Of a stretch of 64,000 nucleotides of DNA, positions 31,341-40,618 are shown piece by piece. The notes under the pieces were generated by a model that had not been told where the DNA came from, searched no databases, and saw nothing but the letters and a program-made list of their open reading frames with translations. Where the stretch lies: positions 288,001-352,000 of the forward strand of contig CBDCCS010000022.1 in NCBI GenBank assembly GCA_965214935.1. Direction: 5' to 3'. Numbering within the stretch: position 1 is the stretch's first letter; every line of letters begins with the position of its first letter. Source of the stretch: Candidatus Velthaea sp. Lineage in GTDB: Bacteria > Vulcanimicrobiota > Vulcanimicrobiia > Vulcanimicrobiales > Vulcanimicrobiaceae. The translations under genes were made by a program, and so were the position numbers.

Positions 31341-32828
31341 CATCGAGCCGAGAAACACGCACACCGGCAGCGTCAGCACCCAGGCGAGCAAAATATCGCG
31401 CAAGGTTTTGCCCTGCAAACCGGAGTGATTCGCTGCCATCGTCCCGGCAACACCGGATGACAGAACGTGCGTCGTGCTGACGGGAAGCCCGAGCAGATCC
31501 GCGCCCTGGATGGTAGCGTACGCAACGAGCTCGGCGGAAGCGCCTTGCCCGTAGGTTAAATGCGCCTTTCCGATTTTCGATCCGACGGTTACGACAATGC
31601 GCTTATAACCGATCATCGTGCCGAGGCCCAGCGATAGCGCAATCGCGATCTTCACCCAAACAGGAATGAATTTCGTCATACCGTCGAGCGATTTGCGATA
31701 GGTTTTAATCGCCGGCATATCGGCCGCGCCGAACACGTGATTCTTGTTCATCTTATCTAAAGCGCTCGAGATAAGATAGCTGTCGGTACGGAGCGGCTTA
31801 CGCTCGTTTTTGGGCAGCTCGCCAAGTGACGTACGGCCGTGCAGAAGTTGGCCGATTCGCTCGTTTTTGGCGGCCACGGCGGCATAGGTCGCGCCGTCGA
31901 GTTTGCCGTCGGCTTTAAGATACGCCGAGATCGTCGCTTCGTTTTTATCGTCGTTCTCCGGCCGTGCAAGAGTCGATTCAACGGCCGCCGCCGGCGACGT
32001 TGCGGCGATCCGTACGCCGCTGATGAAGGCTTGCCGGTGTCCGCCGATGATCTTCGAGACCGCCGCATTTGAGGTTTGCAATTGTTCGACGGCTTTGCCG
32101 TGCATCCCCAGATCGACGGCGTACACACCGGGCAGAACGCCGACGAGGATGAGCATGATGAGCCCCATGCCTTTTTGCCCATCATTCGATCCATGCGCGA
32201 AACTGACGCCGGTGCACGTCAAGAAAAGTAATATCCGCACCGGAAGCGGCGGCGCCTGGCCCGCCGGCGGTTCTTTGAACAACGCCGGATATTTGATGAG
32301 AACCTTGGCCAGCAGTAAGAGCGCGCCGGCAACGAAGAACCCGATGAGCGGCGAGATCAGGAGCGCCGCGACCGTGTCTTGGACTTTGCCCCAATTAACG
32401 CCGTCGCCAAAGATATGACCGGGTGCAATCACCGAATTCATCAGACCGACACCGAGAATCGAACCGATCAGCGTATGCGAGCTCGATGCGGGCAAACCGC
32501 GCCACCAAGTACCGAGATTCCAAATAATCGCCGAGATGAGCATGGCGAAAACCATCGCGTAGCCCGGTCCGGAACCGGCATGGATGACGAGCTCGACCGG
32601 CAAGAGCGCGACGATGCCGAAGGCGACCGCGCCGCTCGAAACGAGCACGCCGAGCAAGTTCATCAAACCGGACCAAATGACGGCCGGTGTCGCCGGTAAC
32701 GTCCGTGTATAGATGACCGTCGCAACTGCGTTTGCCGTGTCGTGAAAGCCATTCACGAACTCGAAAGCAAAAGCAAGTAAGAGCGCCGCACAAAGTCCGA
32801 TAAGACTCAGCGTTGTCAGATCTTCCAT
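31293..32828 (-). CDS. pit: Inorganic phosphate transporter (PiT family)
   Basis: NGFHDTANAVAT, PASSSH, HGSNDGQK, PVSTTH. Confidence 0.95.
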   Translation of the reverse strand: MEDLTTLSLIGLCAALLLAFAFEFVNGFHDTANAVATVIYTRTLPATPAVIWSGLMNLLGVLVSSGAVAFGIVALLPVELVIHAGSGPGYAMVFAMLISAIIWNLGTWWRGLPASSSHTLIGSILGVGLMNSVIAPGHIFGDGVNWGKVQDTVAALLISPLIGFFVAGALLLLAKVLIKYPALFKEPPAGQAPPLPVRILLFLTCTGVSFAHGSNDGQKGMGLIMLILVGVLPGVYAVDLGMHGKAVEQLQTSNAAVSKIIGGHRQAFISGVRIAATSPAAAVESTLARPENDDKNEATISAYLKADGKLDGATYAAVAAKNERIGQLLHGRTSLGELPKNERKPLRTDSYLISSALDKMNKNHVFGAADMPAIKTYRKSLDGMTKFIPVWVKIAIALSLGLGTMIGYKRIVVTVGSKIGKAHLTYGQGASAELVAYATIQGADLLGLPVSTTHVLSSGVAGTMAANHSGLQGKTLRDILLAWVLTLPVCVFLGSMLFAAGLLLVAKLGIH

Positions 32829-32850
32829 TGCGCATACTGTGACGGTGCAA

Positions 32851-32868
32851 CGTTAAGTGGATGTTAAG
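32851..32868 (-). promoter_or_regulatory. Putative Pho-box-like direct repeat upstream of pit
   Basis: Minus strand CTTAACA-N4-CTTAACG (11-bp period), 22 nt upstream of the pit ATG. Confidence 0.55.
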
Positions 32869-32892
32869 ACGCGCCCACCGCCTCCCGGAGCA

Positions 32893-33483
32893 TCAAGCAC
32901 CGGTCGAAGGTGCAGATTGCTCTTGTACGTTCGGACCGAGCGGGGGCAGCGAGCCGGTCTTGCGCGCCAGCCGCCGAACGGAATCATCCGTATCCGCGAG
33001 CTCGAATGACGCCAGTGGCACCCATGCAACCGCGTGCGACTCGTCGCTTACGACGAGCGGATCGCTGCGAGCAGCAATGAATGCGAAGCGCACGTCATAA
33101 TGCTTGTGCGCCGGCTCGCCGGGTCGCGCGGGGATGACGTGTACGTCGACATCGTAAATGTCATCCGACGCCGAGCGTATTGCCGTCAGACCTGATTCTT
33201 CATGCGCCTCGCGCCGTGCGACGCGCCGAACGTCGCCGTCGCCGTCGGCATGGCCGCCGAGTTGCAGCCAGCGGCCGAGTTTCCGATGATGGGTCAGCAA
33301 CGCATGCGTGCGATCTTCATCGATTACCCAAGCCGAAGCGGTAACGTGGCCGGCGCGGGTTGTCCGCTCGAAACAGCCGGCGTTCGCTTCGACAAAGCCG
33401 GCAAGCTCGGCGACCATCGCGGCTTCGCGTTTGTCCGCTGCGCGATAACGCGCCAAATCCGCGAGCAGCGACGCGCGGCTCAG
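32893..33483 (-). CDS. NUDIX hydrolase (start uncertain)
   Basis: GHVTASAWV, HRKLGRWLQLGGHADG...RREAHEESG Nudix box, HYDVRF. Confidence 0.9.
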   Translation of the reverse strand: MSRASLLADLARYRAADKREAAMVAELAGFVEANAGCFERTTRAGHVTASAWVIDEDRTHALLTHHRKLGRWLQLGGHADGDGDVRRVARREAHEESGLTAIRSASDDIYDVDVHVIPARPGEPAHKHYDVRFAFIAARSDPLVVSDESHAVAWVPLASFELADTDDSVRRLARKTGSLPPLGPNVQEQSAPSTGA

Positions 33484-33493
33484 CGCTGCTCGC

Positions 33494-33709
33494 TCACGCC
33501 GGCACCTTCGCGACCCCATGCGACGGCGGCAGAACATCGACGATGTCTTCGATCGTCAACGCAACGCCGAGCCGCTCGTTCTGCAGCGACACCGAGGTCG
33601 CCGACTCGCTAAGCACCTCGGTGGCAAAGACGCCCTCGAAGGCAACACCATCGTAGAGGTAGACGCGTACCGGGCGACCACGGTATCGCGAGAGATCGCG
33701 TGGCTTCAT
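33494..33709 (-). CDS. Small hypothetical protein, Sm/LSm-like pattern; paralogue of 57144..57374
   Basis: LSRYRGRPVRVYLYDGVAFEG; TATACT -10 hexamer 7 nt before the ATG (leaderless); clear similarity to a second copy in the window. Confidence 0.7.
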   Translation of the reverse strand: MKPRDLSRYRGRPVRVYLYDGVAFEGVFATEVLSESATSVSLQNERLGVALTIEDIVDVLPPSHGVAKVPA

Positions 33710-33759
33710 ACTTAAAAGTATAGCGGGTTGATTCGGTAGCCGCGGTCACAGCGATTCTG

Positions 33760-35661
33760 TCAATTTGCGGTTACACGTAGCGTCCAGGCCGGCTCCGCAC
33801 TGCGTGCGATAACGCGCTTGCCGCGCAGAACGTTGGCCGTTCGAAGCGTCGAACCGTCGATGGGAATGATGCCGATCGATTCGGCGCCGTCGACAAACGC
33901 ATAACCCGCCGTCACCGACACGGGCAACGCTTCGAGAAACGTCCCGGTGAACTCGGTATGACCGGCAGGGGCTTGGAAGACGGGTTTACGGTGGATCTTC
34001 GTTAGCCGGGCGCTGACGGCAGCCAGCTCTTTGGCGGCGCGCGCTTGTACCGACGGTACCGCAACTCGGATGCTTGCCTCCGGTGCGTGTAACTCGCCGG
34101 CATTACCCACCAGCCGGGTGAGTGCACGCGGCACTTGCTTCATGCCGGTACCGAGCTTAACCGGCTCGTTGACGATGCCGGCCAGACCGGCGTGACCGCC
34201 CGTGGCTACGAACGAGCTTACCAGCGGCTCGCGAAAATCAGTCAAATCGAGAACGGCTTGCGCGCGAGTAACCGCGACGTACGCGAGGTGCAGCTCTGCC
34301 CGATCGACAGTGGCTCTGGCCGATGATGCCGATTCTTTGGTTGCAAACGGCCGGAAATCGCCGGCAATCCGAACGCGCACGCCCTGCCGGCCCTTGAAAG
34401 CATGGGCGGTCGAGACGATAACGTCGGCTTGCTCCTGCGGCACAACTTGGCCGTGCAACGTCGACAGCAGATCGGGAACGCGATCGCCGAAGCGTTCGAC
34501 GAGCGCGACGGCAATCTTAAAAGTCTGCACATTCTTTTTTTCCGCGTACCACTTGAGGGTTTGAAACGAGGAAAACTTTGCCAGCCGTGGCGGGCGACCA
34601 CCTTCGCGTAGCGCATAGACGTCGGCGGCCAGCGCGCCGAGATGTTGCAGCCGTCCGGCCTCAAGCGTGCCCACAATCGCAACTTTGCGCCCGCGGGTAT
34701 GCTCGCCGAGCGCCGTATCGAGCACCTGTTGCTGCGAACGGGTAAGGACGACGGCCGGCTCGGGACACTGCTCGTGCGTAATCACGACGCGGTCGGCCTT
34801 GCGCGGTACGACACGAATCGGAAAGTGGCGTCCGTCGGCGTCGAGGATGCGGTCGGCCAGCGCCGCAATATGCGGTCCAAACCGAAAGCTCGTCGTCAAC
34901 GGATAAATCGCCATATCGTCAAGATATGAGAACGCGTTTGTCGCGCCGCGAAATTCGTAAATCGCCTGAGCCGGATCGCCCATGTAAATTTGCTGCGTCT
35001 TTGCTTGGGCGCGCGCGGTGCCGAACATCGAACCGCTGCAATCTTGACATTCATCGTACAAGATGACGTCGAAGCCGAGATGCGGATGCTCGTGCTCGGT
35101 TTGCAGAACGAAGAACAGCTTGACGTACAGGTCGTGGTCGCCGGAATGGACGGCGCGTTGCGCGGCGATCTCCGACCATATTGCGCGAGCATACGGCAGC
35201 GCTTCGGGGTCGTTCGCGGCGCTTAATCGCGCGCTGCGATCGAAACAGAACGCTTCAAGCACGTCGCCGACGCGTGCCGCAAGCAGTTCGCGCTCGTCGG
35301 TAATTTCGCCGCGCCGTGGCGGCAGCTGTAATTGCATACGGATACGCGACTCGAGCGTCGGCACCGTATCATCGATCTGCACGGTGTACCGTTCGACGAG
35401 CATTCGGCGCGCGAACGCATGCGCGGTAGCGACTTTCGTCGTAGCGGGAAACCGGGCTCTGCCTTCACGCACGATATCGCGGTTGAAAGCCAGATACAGC
35501 ACGCGCTTGCCTTCAAGTTCCGTTCCGATCGCGCGTAACGTCGTTGTCTTTCCGGCACCGGCGTAGGCACGAACGGCGAACGTCTCACCAAGCCGAGCCG
35601 CTTGCAAAATTTCGCGCTGCTCGTCGGTTCGGTCGAAGTTCGCCAAAGCCAAAATTGCCAC
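33760..35661 (-). CDS. UvrD/SF1-like DNA helicase with extra C-terminal domain
   Basis: AYAGAGKT, YLAFN, TAHAFA, DECQD, GDPAQAIY, SFRFG, STAHAFKG, YVAVTRA. Start placed at GTG 35661 because the longer ORF would run antisense through the tRNA. Confidence 0.88.
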   Translation of the reverse strand: MAILALANFDRTDEQREILQAARLGETFAVRAYAGAGKTTTLRAIGTELEGKRVLYLAFNRDIVREGRARFPATTKVATAHAFARRMLVERYTVQIDDTVPTLESRIRMQLQLPPRRGEITDERELLAARVGDVLEAFCFDRSARLSAANDPEALPYARAIWSEIAAQRAVHSGDHDLYVKLFFVLQTEHEHPHLGFDVILYDECQDCSGSMFGTARAQAKTQQIYMGDPAQAIYEFRGATNAFSYLDDMAIYPLTTSFRFGPHIAALADRILDADGRHFPIRVVPRKADRVVITHEQCPEPAVVLTRSQQQVLDTALGEHTRGRKVAIVGTLEAGRLQHLGALAADVYALREGGRPPRLAKFSSFQTLKWYAEKKNVQTFKIAVALVERFGDRVPDLLSTLHGQVVPQEQADVIVSTAHAFKGRQGVRVRIAGDFRPFATKESASSARATVDRAELHLAYVAVTRAQAVLDLTDFREPLVSSFVATGGHAGLAGIVNEPVKLGTGMKQVPRALTRLVGNAGELHAPEASIRVAVPSVQARAAKELAAVSARLTKIHRKPVFQAPAGHTEFTGTFLEALPVSVTAGYAFVDGAESIGIIPIDGSTLRTANVLRGKRVIARSAEPAWTLRVTAN

Positions 35662-35726
35662 GCGTGCGCATTCGACATCAGAACGGGGAAGGCCCCATTC
35701 GCGCGATTTTTGAACACCGTTTTGTC

Positions 35727-35813
35727 GGAGAGTTGGCTGAGCGGTCGAAAGCGACGGTCTTGAAAACCGTAAGCCCGGCAACGGGCTCCAGGGTTCGAAT
35801 CCCTGACTCTCCT
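35727..35813 (+). tRNA. tRNA-Ser (anticodon TGA)
   Basis: Acceptor stem GGAGAGT/ACTCTCC, anticodon arm ACGGT-CTTGAAA-ACCGT, long variable arm GCCC-GGCAAC-GGGC, T arm CAGGG-TTCGAAT-CCCTG; CCA not encoded. Confidence 0.95.
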
Positions 35814-35854
35814 CGCTATCGTAAGCGACGGTTGCACGATGCTCCTTACCTGAC

Positions 35855-37102
35855 TCAATGCGTCTTCGTGCCGAGGCGGCGGAGGCTTGGGTGTTGTTAG
35901 CGGATCGAGTGTCCCCCAATGAAATTGCTTCGTTGACGGGTCATAAGCCGAAAAGAGTATTTGCCCTCGATTATTCACTGCTAAAAACGAGAAGTCCGTG
36001 AGCGGTGTCGCTTCAGAAAGTGTCGGTGAGAATGCACGTGTTCCGGTCAGGGGATCGTATAAAAAGTAGCCCTGACTCGATGTCGCACAATTGGTTGTAC
36101 TACCTAAAATCGTGCCGTTATCATTAAGGTTTAACAACTGATAATTCGTGCAGCTGCTGCCTGGAATCGTCGGCACTTCGGTTAGCTTTCTGGTCGCGAG
36201 CGCATCGATAAACGCGACCGTCGGTCTGACTGCCCGATGCGGAATAGCCGAATGCGACTTGATCGGCATTGTTGATATCTTCACTATCGACTTGCGACGG
36301 TGTTTCCGCTAGCACGCGCGGAGACGCCGGCTGCCCGGCTTTGTAGATCGAGAGCTGGGTCGTGCGTAGATCTAGGCCCAGAACGAGACCGGCATCATTG
36401 AGCTGACCCGAATGGAACGCCGTATTACTTTGAGTGCTAGAGAAACAGCCTGCCGGACACGTGAATTGAACGAGCTTGAGATCCGTTGATGTGGTGGTTG
36501 TCGACAGCGGAAGGGCATACGGGTCGACCCCGTCGGGCTGAGAGCCTTCGTTTGTGTAAATGCCGGTTATTGCGCCGGAACTATTCACGCCGAAGAGCCT
36601 CGACGGATATTCGACGTATTGGTGAAAGCTTAGCGCCTGCGGCGACACAATCGCTGCGAAACCGACGACGAATTCTGAAAACCGCCACTTGGTGTTGCCG
36701 ACGATGGAAAACGCGCCGGTTTTCGGATTCACGTCAGACAACGACGTGGGCTGACAAAATGGCGCCGCTGACGGTGTCACATCAATGAAGTGCCCGGCAT
36801 TATACAAAAAACAAGCATACCGGCGCGGCTCGAGCACCTCCGCCACGATCTGTCCAGTATTGTTGAATGCGACAAGATGGGGCATTCGTATACTCAGGGT
36901 GACCGATCGTCGGGTTGCCGACATCATTGATCCGATAATAATTCTCGCGGAACCCGAAATCACCGTGCCGGACGGTAAGCCGTGGTAATATCGGTCGCTT
37001 GACGGTGCTTTGTCGAACGCTTACCGTACGTCTCGCGTCGGCCGAACTTGACGCCGTGAGAAGTAGCGTTGCAATAAGTGAACCTGCGAGGAAACGATTC
37101 AT
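35855..37102 (-). pseudogene. Secreted repeat (HAF-like beta-propeller) protein, split by frameshifts; 3' end uncertain
   Basis: Signal peptide MNRFLAGSLIATLLLTASSSADA; repeats FNNTGQI, VNSSGAI, LNDAGLV, INNADQV, LNDNGTI, VNNRGQI over three frames; ends WGTLDP like the neighbouring gene. Confidence 0.65.
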
Positions 37103-37135
37103 CGCATGAACTCCGTGCATCGATATCATCAAGGC

Positions 37136-38320
37136 TTAGCGCAGCAATCCGCGCGTTACCGATTGCGCCGAGAATCCCGGAGGATCGAGCGTTCCCCAAT
37201 CGTATGCGTTCGTGCTTGTATTGTGAGCCCCAAAGAGCAGTTGCCCGCGATCGTTTAGAGCAAAAATCGTTAAATTCTGTAGATTCGCCGGCCGCGGTAT
37301 CTGCGGCATGATCGAGCGGGTGCCATGCACCCGAACGTTGATGAAATAGGCAGAGTTTTTCGTTTGATCCGAACAATTGTCCGCGTAGCCTAAGATGCTG
37401 CCGTTGCTTGTGATATTGATCGAATACTCGTAGGAGCATCCAGGTAAATTCGGTATAAAACGCGAGTTAGCCGATGCGATCGCATAAATGTACGGACTCC
37501 CGTCGGCTGTAACATAGAGCAATTCTCCGACGTCGTCGATTGCAAGGACGGTCGACCCGGCCGGAATTTTGACGGCAATCGCCTTTGCGCGCGGACTTCC
37601 GATTGCAACAATCGCCGGCATACCGTTTTGGTCAATTCCGATGACAAATCCAGCGCTGCTTACCGACTGAGAAAGAAACGGCGAACTAAAGGGGATTCTT
37701 GGTGTGAAGGCGCTCGTATAGACGCAACCCGGCAGAATTTGCTGACAATCAGGTTCAAGTGGGACGAGAGTCGGATTGGCCGTCGTCGCCGTATAGTTCG
37801 TCAGCAAATTAAAGGTTGACGGATGTATTGCATCCGCAATCGTCGTTACGACGATCCGCCCACGGCCGTCTATTCCGAAGACGGCCGACGGCGAGTATCC
37901 CTTATAAACATGGTATGATGGCGCACCTGGGCCAAGTTGAGCGACAAATCCGACCGCGACGTCGGGAACGAGGCCATCAAGCGGATAATCCGCGATGCCG
38001 ACGAGGGCATAGCGTCCGGTCTTTGGATCCGCATCGGAAATCGCCTTAGGCAAACAAGACGTTACCAACGGCGAAGCGGAAGCCGTTACGTCGAAGAACG
38101 TGTTGCCGGTATAAACGACGCAATAATAATAGTCTTCATTTAAATTGGGCTGAGTGTACTCGCCGTAGATCTGTCCGGTATTGTTGAATCCGGCCGGGAT
38201 AACCGGATAGGCGCTACTTGAGTCGTATTTCGGCGGGCTGCCGATGTCATGGATGCTATACGACGTTGAGATCCGCGGGCCAAGGGTGGACGTATCGATT
38301 GCCGGCCTTCGCGGAATCAT
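37136..38320 (-). CDS. HAF-like repeat protein, paralogue of the adjacent gene
   Basis: Repeats FNNTGQI, IDGRGRI, VSSAGFV, IDDVGEL, ITSNGSI, LNDRGQL; shares PKTG, FxDVT and WGTLDP with 35855..37102. Confidence 0.7.
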   Translation of the reverse strand: MIPRRPAIDTSTLGPRISTSYSIHDIGSPPKYDSSSAYPVIPAGFNNTGQIYGEYTQPNLNEDYYYCVVYTGNTFFDVTASASPLVTSCLPKAISDADPKTGRYALVGIADYPLDGLVPDVAVGFVAQLGPGAPSYHVYKGYSPSAVFGIDGRGRIVVTTIADAIHPSTFNLLTNYTATTANPTLVPLEPDCQQILPGCVYTSAFTPRIPFSSPFLSQSVSSAGFVIGIDQNGMPAIVAIGSPRAKAIAVKIPAGSTVLAIDDVGELLYVTADGSPYIYAIASANSRFIPNLPGCSYEYSINITSNGSILGYADNCSDQTKNSAYFINVRVHGTRSIMPQIPRPANLQNLTIFALNDRGQLLFGAHNTSTNAYDWGTLDPPGFSAQSVTRGLLR

Positions 38321-38728
38321 GACATGCGTGGCAAGGATCGCAGACTTTGCCGAGCGCCTTCATGAATCGAAAGCGACATCAGGAGACGGCGTTTGATTCG
38401 CACATCCATACCAGCTCGGTAAGCGCTTAGTTCTATTGCTTTTTGTTCGGCTCGCTTTGCTGACTATCAGAAACAGATCAAGCCGCCTTTACGTTTTTCT
38501 TGTTCGCAACGAGCAACGATCGAATGACTCAAGCGGGACGACCGAATGCACGAAGTTACCGCAACGTCATCAAACGCGCTTGTAATCAACGTAGTGAACG
38601 GGCGCAAACCATCTCGACGCGTATCAATCGATGCGCGATTGAAAACGGTGCGGTTCCCGTATCATCAGCGAAGCGAGATTCGCCCGTAGGCAAAAGGTTC
38701 GCAAGATTGTTGCGCAAAGTGCTGCAGC

Positions 38729-39517
38729 ATGCCGCCGGATGCCGTTTCTGTACCACTGCTCGAAGCGCGCGGCATTGCCAAAACCTTCGGCCGCGTGACG
38801 GCGCTCAGCGATGCAACGTTCGTTGCCTACGCCGGCGAAGTTTCGGCGATCGTCGGCGATAATGGCGCCGGCAAGTCGACGTTCATCAAGATCCTCTCCG
38901 GTGCGCTCAAGCCGGACGGCGGCGAACTGCTGCTCGCCGGACAGCCGCTGCACCTCACATCACCGCAAGACGCGCGCGACCACGGTATCGAGACCGTGTA
39001 TCAGGATCTTGCACTTGCGCCCGCACTCGATGTCGCATCGAATCTCTTTCTCGGGCGTGAGGCTCGGCTTCCCGGTCTGTTGGGCCGGCTGGGCTTTCTC
39101 GACGATGCGCTGATGCGAAAACGCGCCCGCCAAGAGATCGAGGATCTGCAAGTCGGATTATCGTCGGTGCAGCAACCCGTGTTTACGTTGTCGGGCGGTC
39201 AACGTCAGGCGATCGCCGTTGCCCGCGCGACCGCGTGGGGCAAGCAAATCGTCATCATGGACGAGCCGACCGCCGCGCTCGGCGTACGCGAATCGGGGAT
39301 GGTGCTTAAGCTTATCAACCGGATTAAGAGCGCCGGCATCGCCGTCGTCATGATCAGTCATAGCATGCCTGAAGTGTTCGAGGTTGCAGATCGCATTACG
39401 ATCCTGCGCTTAGGCCGGACGGTACGGCAAATGCGGCGAGCGGAGACGTCGATGACCGATGTCGTCGCGTTTATGACCGGTGCATCGGTCGAACACGTTG
39501 CCGAGATGGAGCGCTGA
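38729..39517 (+). CDS. Sugar ABC transporter ATP-binding protein
   Basis: GDNGAGKST, LSGGQRQ, MDEPT, ISH. Confidence 0.93.
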   Translation: MPPDAVSVPLLEARGIAKTFGRVTALSDATFVAYAGEVSAIVGDNGAGKSTFIKILSGALKPDGGELLLAGQPLHLTSPQDARDHGIETVYQDLALAPALDVASNLFLGREARLPGLLGRLGFLDDALMRKRARQEIEDLQVGLSSVQQPVFTLSGGQRQAIAVARATAWGKQIVIMDEPTAALGVRESGMVLKLINRIKSAGIAVVMISHSMPEVFEVADRITILRLGRTVRQMRRAETSMTDVVAFMTGASVEHVAEMER

Positions 39518-39518
39518 G

Positions 39519-40577
39519 ATGAGCGAAGCGATCAGCGCGCGTCCGCCGGCCGGCCGGTCCCGGCCGCGCAACATGCTGGCCCGCTCGACGAATCTCTACA
39601 TCCTCATCGTGCTGCTCGCACTCGTGGCATTCTTTAGCATCATCAGCCCGAACCACGCGTTCTTCGATCGCAGTAATTTCATCAACATCGCCTGGGACAG
39701 CGCCGAAATCTTGCTTTTGGCCATCGGCGAAACGTTCGTCATCATCACGGCCGGGATCGATCTTTCCGTCGGTACCGTGCTGATGTTTTCGGGCGTGGTC
39801 GCATCGTGGGTGATCGCGCAAACCGGTGGACCGCCGGCGCAAGTCTCGAGCGGTCACTTCACCCAGGCGGCGACGGCGATCCCGCTCGGCATTCTCGCGG
39901 GTATTGCCGTTGGAACGCTGGGCGGATTTATCAACGGTAATCTCGTGACGCGTCTCAAGATGCCGGCCTTCATCGTGACCCTCGGCTTATTTAGTATTGC
40001 GAACGGTTTCGGCGATCTCGTCAGTTCGGGTGGGGCCGCCGGCCAGTCGGCGATTCCGCCGATCCCGGACAGCTTCGCTAACACGTTGGGCAACGGCAAC
40101 CTCTTTCTGGGCTTGCCGACGCTCGTCGTGATTGCCGCCGTCGTTGCGGTGTTCACCCATATCGTTCTCACGCGCACGATCTTCGGCCGCCGCACGTTTG
40201 CCGTCGGCAGCAACCTCGAAGGCTCGCGGCTGGCCGGCGTACCGGTCAACGCGCACCTCATCGCGGTGTATACGTTCGCAGGCTGCCTATCGGGGTTAGC
40301 CGGCGTTTTGGATCTCGCGCGTTTTCATTCGACCGACATTCAAGGCCACAGTCTGGATAATCTCGATGCGATCGCGGCGGTCGTCATCGGCGGCACCAGT
40401 TTGTTCGGCGGTACCGGGTCGATCGTCGGCACGGTGATCGGCGCCTTTATTCCGACCGTTCTACGATATGGCTTTACCATTCAAGGCATCTCGTCGTTTT
40501 GGCAAGATGTCGTTGTCGGCGCCATCATCATCGTCGCCGTACTTTTCGACCAGATCCGGCGCCGGCGCGTTACGTAG
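39519..40577 (+). CDS. Sugar ABC transporter permease (RbsC-like)
   Basis: IITAGIDLSVG, PAFIVTLG, LDAIAAVVIGGTSLFGG. Confidence 0.93.
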   Translation: MSEAISARPPAGRSRPRNMLARSTNLYILIVLLALVAFFSIISPNHAFFDRSNFINIAWDSAEILLLAIGETFVIITAGIDLSVGTVLMFSGVVASWVIAQTGGPPAQVSSGHFTQAATAIPLGILAGIAVGTLGGFINGNLVTRLKMPAFIVTLGLFSIANGFGDLVSSGGAAGQSAIPPIPDSFANTLGNGNLFLGLPTLVVIAAVVAVFTHIVLTRTIFGRRTFAVGSNLEGSRLAGVPVNAHLIAVYTFAGCLSGLAGVLDLARFHSTDIQGHSLDNLDAIAAVVIGGTSLFGGTGSIVGTVIGAFIPTVLRYGFTIQGISSFWQDVVVGAIIIVAVLFDQIRRRRVT

Positions 40578-40618
40578 CGCGGCGCACGTCCACTTCGGCT
40601 TAGAGGAGAGTAACTCAA

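Noticed and set aside
35711..35724. Second LexA box (TGAACACCGTTTTG) upstream of the helicase
   Set aside because: The right half-site has two mismatches to GTTC.
35761..35763. Selenocysteine or opal-suppressor tRNA
   Set aside because: Anticodon TGA reads TCA (Ser); a Sec tRNA would have anticodon TCA and an 8-bp acceptor stem.
35662..35919. N-terminal extension of the 719-aa helicase ORF and C-terminal part of ORF 35223..36284
   Set aside because: Both are antisense read-through of tRNA-Ser (e.g. RVRDSNP).
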